Source: a virus
DNA: 64,000 nt
IMG/VR virus record: IMGVR_UViG_3300000976_000009
Span: 269,151-333,150 of that record
Reading direction: 5' to 3' (one strand)
Shown here: one piece after another, positions 60,021 to 64,000 of the stretch
How positions within the stretch are numbered: the stretch's first letter is position 1
How the letters are laid out: each line of letters opens with the position of its first letter
Notes under the pieces: generated by a model
Seen by the model: the letters and a program-made list of their open reading frames with translations, nothing else
The model's database searches: none
What the model was told of the DNA's origin: nothing
Position numbers and translations under genes: made by a program

Positions 60021-61111
60021 ATGGAAAAAATCATTGAAAAATTATCCAGAAAGGATATACCATTAACCTCATCTGTTGAAAGGGATGAACATATAATTGC
60101 TTCTGAGAAAGCATTTGATTGTTTATTTGATGGTACTTCAAAATATTTCCCGTGGAATAAACCAAAGAATTTGCCTAAAGATTTTAATATAGGTGTTATT
60201 GTTGGTTCAAGTGGTTCTGGTAAATCAACACTATTAGAAGAGTTTGGAAATGAATCCTACCCAATATGGGACCCTAATAAAGCAATCATATCACATTTTG
60301 ATTCTCCAGATGAAGGTATTAATAAATTAAGTGCGGTAGGGTTAAATACAGTACCCAATTGGTATAAGCCGTATCATGTATTATCTAATGGTGAGCAATT
60401 TAGGGCTGATTTAGCTAGGAAAATAAGAGATGGTGCCGTAATAGATGAATTCACATCCGTAGTTGATAGAAATGTAGCTAAAGCAGCTTCTGTATCATTA
60501 TCTAAATATATTAAAAAGAACAATATCAAAAACGTGGTTATATCCACCTGTCATGAGGATATATTAGACTGGTTAGAACCAGATTGGGTTATAAATACTA
60601 ATAGTGGAGAAGTCTATGACGGTTTTTTTTTGTCCGACCAGAAATCAATATCGAAATACATAAAGCAAATCGCAATATCTGGTCTATGTTTAAAGACCAT
60701 CACTATTTAAGAGATGATTTACATAAAGCAACTAGGTGTTATGTTGCTACATGGGAAGGAAATGTTGTTGGTTTTTTTGCTAGTATGGCTATGCCAAATG
60801 GTTATGTTAAAAATGCTTGGCGTGGGCACAGGGTTGTAATATTACCAGATTTTCAAGGTTTAGGTATCGGTGTTCGATTTATTGATGCTTGTGCTCAAAT
60901 TCATTTGGATGATGATAAAAGATTCTTTGGTAGAGCCGCTCACCCTAGGATGGGTTATTATTGGCAACACTCACCATTGTGGAAAGCGACCAGTAAAAAT
61001 AGGAAACTACGAACTGATATTACTCACGATAATTTATTTAAAAACCATTATGTTGATAACAAACGAATTTGTTTCAGTTATGAATTTATTGGTAAAAATT
61101 TGGATAAGTAA
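60021..61111 (+). CDS. ABC-type ATPase plus GNAT acetyltransferase, split at a T9 run
   Basis: GSSGSGKST, LSNGEQFRA, IDEFTSVVDR; -1 frame continues VRPEINIE...HHYL...RVVILPDFQGLGIG. Confidence 0.85.
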
Positions 61112-61153
61112 TTTATTAGACGTATATTTGTAACTTAAAACAAAAAATTTATT

Positions 61154-61969
61154 ATGAATAAGAGAACTATTAAAACAATAATTTTAGGTGCTATATGTGT
61201 AAACATGGTCGCACTTATTTCATTAACCACAGAGGTTAATACAATTAAGGGTTCAAATACTTTTTTAGTTGATTTAACCGAACCTAAAGAATTTATTGAT
61301 TCATTAGATATAGTGGATTCTTTAGTAAACAATACAAATGAAACAACCGCATATTACCAAGCTGTTGTTGATTCTATTGAAACTAAAGTCGAAAATAATT
61401 TCAAATACGTATTCCCAAAATTCAAAAAATTCAATAAGAATATTGACACTGCAACAGTTGAAACCTTTGTCGGTGTTATGAATGCGTTTGGGTTGGATGA
61501 AAATGAGGAATATAGAGAAATGTATACTGGTCAAATTTTACTTGAGTCTGGAGCTAAACAATATAGACCTTCTGGTGAATTAGTAGTTAGTTCGGCTGGT
61601 TGTATCGGATTGTGTCAAATTATGCCCTCAACTGCTTTAGGTTATATACAAAAACATGCTGATACAACAGATATTAAAGTATTAAAAATTTTAGGTGCTA
61701 GTGATTTTTCATTTGCATTTGAAGATACATTGTCGAATTCACAAAAAAAAATTAAAACTAGAGAATGGTTAAGTGATGTAACTAATAATATAATTATGTG
61801 GGGATTTATTAGTAGACATAATTTAGATAAAAGGGGTGATATTATAACACAACTTGTTTCTTATAACATGGGTAGTGGTGGTGCAAATAAATTTATCGCA
61901 AATGGTGGTAATGTGAATAACCATAAGTACATTAGAGGTATCCAAAGTAAGCTTTTAATAGTTAAATAA
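61154..61969 (+). CDS. Membrane-anchored lytic transglycosylase (SLT domain)
   Basis: LESG, SSAGCIGLCQIMPSTA, SYNMG; N-terminal TM. Confidence 0.88.
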   Translation: MNKRTIKTIILGAICVNMVALISLTTEVNTIKGSNTFLVDLTEPKEFIDSLDIVDSLVNNTNETTAYYQAVVDSIETKVENNFKYVFPKFKKFNKNIDTATVETFVGVMNAFGLDENEEYREMYTGQILLESGAKQYRPSGELVVSSAGCIGLCQIMPSTALGYIQKHADTTDIKVLKILGASDFSFAFEDTLSNSQKKIKTREWLSDVTNNIIMWGFISRHNLDKRGDIITQLVSYNMGSGGANKFIANGGNVNNHKYIRGIQSKLLIVK

Positions 61970-62219
61970 TTAATATGAAATATATTCTAACACCCATATT
62001 TAAAATACTATATACCATATTAATGATATGGTTATTAGCCATTGGTTGTACTGTAATGTTTATTGTTGACTCTTTATGGCACTTTAAGCTAATGACTAGA
62101 AATTATTCATTTAATTATGATGGTAGGCATATTCTATATTCAGCATATTACACGAGAAACCCCAATAACTTAAATACTGTTAAATTTAAAACGGTTTTTC
62201 ATTATTTATTAGGTATAAT

Positions 62220-63167
62220 TTAATGACCCCTCATTAACATATGGAATGTGTCATTAAGCCTTTGGAAACCTAATTTTTCCCAAAACAAATGACTAGCAGA
62301 TGGAATGTTTATAACGAGCCTATTGGTTTTTTTATGTGCATTCCATAATGCTTTTACGGCTTGATTAGCTACATTAATATTAGTATAATCATCATCTAAA
62401 TTTAAGCTAACTATTTCTTTAGTATCTTCACCTAATGACATTGGTGCTGGTCCACAAGTAATTGTTCCAGCTGACCTATCTTTATAATAAATATCATAAG
62501 TAGTTGTATCTGGGGTTTCATCAGTCACCATTAACTTAATATTTTCCCTAATTAATTTTCTGATAAATTGTTTTTGAGTAGATTCTTCAATAGTTTCAAG
62601 TTTATCATAGTATTTTGGGTCCCCATATAAGTGGTCCATTGCTATCTCTCTAGCCATATCAAGACTTTTGGTGTGTTCTTTTTCGATTTTAACCCCCTTA
62701 TCTAATTGTTTCTGTAATTGTTTCTCTAATGATTCGAATTGAATCGAAGCCCATGAGTCTTTACCATGATGAATTGCTAAATCAACGATTGACATACCAT
62801 CTCCTAAACCACCTTTAATTGTTTCCTTTTTCATACTTTCACTTAAATTTTTAGGGTATCTAATCATCGAATCCCTAAATTCATAACTCTTATGAATTCC
62901 TTTATTGTGTTTAAACCCAAACCTCTTATAGAATTGGATTAACCGATTTTTATTACCACCGAAATCAGATGATGGTGTTAATGCGATAATTTGATTATTT
63001 TTTTCAGCATAATCAACTAAATCTTTCATAACCTTAGTCCCAATTCCTTCACCTTTGAATTCATCATTAATAATAATCCTAGATAATATTAAACTAGTTT
63101 TATTCTCATAAATATCAAGTCCTTTCAAAAATTTACCGTATTTCGATTTTAAAATATCTTCAATCAT
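62220..63167 (-). CDS. Multidomain protein: GNAT, DUF5661-like, GNAT-like
   Basis: GEGIGTKVM...FYKRFGF; EKEHT...IAMDHL..DPKYYDKL; FWEKLGF. Confidence 0.7.
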   Translation of the reverse strand: MIEDILKSKYGKFLKGLDIYENKTSLILSRIIINDEFKGEGIGTKVMKDLVDYAEKNNQIIALTPSSDFGGNKNRLIQFYKRFGFKHNKGIHKSYEFRDSMIRYPKNLSESMKKETIKGGLGDGMSIVDLAIHHGKDSWASIQFESLEKQLQKQLDKGVKIEKEHTKSLDMAREIAMDHLYGDPKYYDKLETIEESTQKQFIRKLIRENIKLMVTDETPDTTTYDIYYKDRSAGTITCGPAPMSLGEDTKEIVSLNLDDDYTNINVANQAVKALWNAHKKTNRLVINIPSASHLFWEKLGFQRLNDTFHMLMRGH

Positions 63168-63183
63168 AAATATAAATATACAA

Positions 63184-63207
63184 AAAAAGCGGCTATAGCC
63201 GCTTTTT
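63184..63207. terminator. Palindromic terminator
   Basis: AAAAAGCGGCTATAGCCGCTTTTT. Confidence 0.75.
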
Positions 63208-63349
63208 AAGTTATTTTATTGTGCCATTAAATACCTAACAGCTTTCTCACCCTATGTAACTAAGGGTTTGGTGTATTGGTGGTTACGCACCGCAAGGTTA
63301 CTGGTTTGTATCTTTATAGTTTACTATTAACCTTTTTTCAACTGCACAA

Positions 63350-64000
63350 TTAATTATTTGAACTTTCCTCTTTATTGGTTTTGTTCGTTTTAATCACCAT
63401 CTCATCCTTACTCTTACTATAAGTGATTTTGATTATATCCCCTTCTTCAACATTCCCATTAATTACTTCATCAGCAATTGGGTCTTCGACATACCTTTGG
63501 ATTGCTCTACTAAGTGGTCTAGCTCCAAACTCTGGGTCATAACCTTGTTTAGCAATATACTCCATACCTTTCTTATCTAATTTGACTTTATAACCAAGTT
63601 CAGCCATTCTAGCTTCAACATCAGTCATTTCAAGTTCGATAATTTGTTGGATATCTTTTTCAGTTAATGAATTAAAGATAATAGTGTCATCTAAACGATT
63701 AAGAAATTCTGGTGGAAACTTCTTCTTTAGTGCTTTCTCCAAAATTGTGTGCGCTCTTTTCTCTTCCTTAGCTAATGTATCACCTGTACTAAATCCAACA
63801 GCTGAACCGAAACTATTCATTTCTTTAACCCCAACATTGGATGTCATGATAACCATCGTATTCTTGAAGTCAATCTTACGACCCAAAGAGTCAGTTAATT
63901 GCCCTTCATCTAATAATTGCAATAACAAATTAAATACATCTGGATGTGCTTTCTCGATTTCATCAAAAAGAACCACTGAATATGGTTTTCTACGAATTGC
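63350..64000 (-). CDS. clpC: ClpC/ClpB-family AAA+ ATPase, C-terminal part (runs off window)
   Basis: LFDEIEKAHPDVFNLLLQLLDEGQLTDSLGRKIDFKNT, PEFLNRLD, FGARPL. Confidence 0.93.
   Translation of the reverse strand, partial: AIRRKPYSVVLFDEIEKAHPDVFNLLLQLLDEGQLTDSLGRKIDFKNTMVIMTSNVGVKEMNSFGSAVGFSTGDTLAKEEKRAHTILEKALKKKFPPEFLNRLDDTIIFNSLTEKDIQQIIELEMTDVEARMAELGYKVKLDKKGMEYIAKQGYDPEFGARPLSRAIQRYVEDPIADEVINGNVEEGDIIKITYSKSKDEMVIKTNKTNKEESSNN

Noticed and set aside
1-64000. Stop-codon reassignment
   Set aside because: Long conserved genes are intact in code 11, and TAA, TAG and TGA all end genes at sensible positions.

Overview
AT-rich segment of a large tailed dsDNA phage, probably jumbo and probably infecting Bacteroidota. 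Evidence: dense, mostly + strand small hypothetical ORFs, no Shine-Dalgarno motifs, dozens of Bacteroidota-type promoters (TTTG-N20-TAnnTTTG), lipoprotein signal peptides and the standard genetic code. Recognisable genes include a DenV-like glycosylase, UvrD-like helicase, Gp88-like protein, CAP domain, TerC, site-2 protease, nucleotidyltransferase, SET domain, HNH, PD-(D/E)XK and NucA nucleases, thioredoxin, an LRR protein, YkuK-like RNase H, a split ABC-ATPase/GNAT, an SLT transglycosylase and the 3' part of a Clp ATPase. The most unusual content is non-coding. (1) At least 8 tRNA-shaped RNAs keep an acceptor stem and T-arm but carry greatly expanded, missing or swapped arms, including a tag-less mini-tmRNA-like RNA and a two-unit tRNA with swapped acceptor strands; I found no canonical tRNA. 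(2) Five elements sit just before terminator hairpins and are antisense to the shared leader plus AUG of the promoter-driven early genes. (3) A duplicated minus-strand sRNA motif and several start-codon-less genes lie in a putative early/terminal module (about 27.5-38 kb). All RNA structures were read by eye and none was computed.
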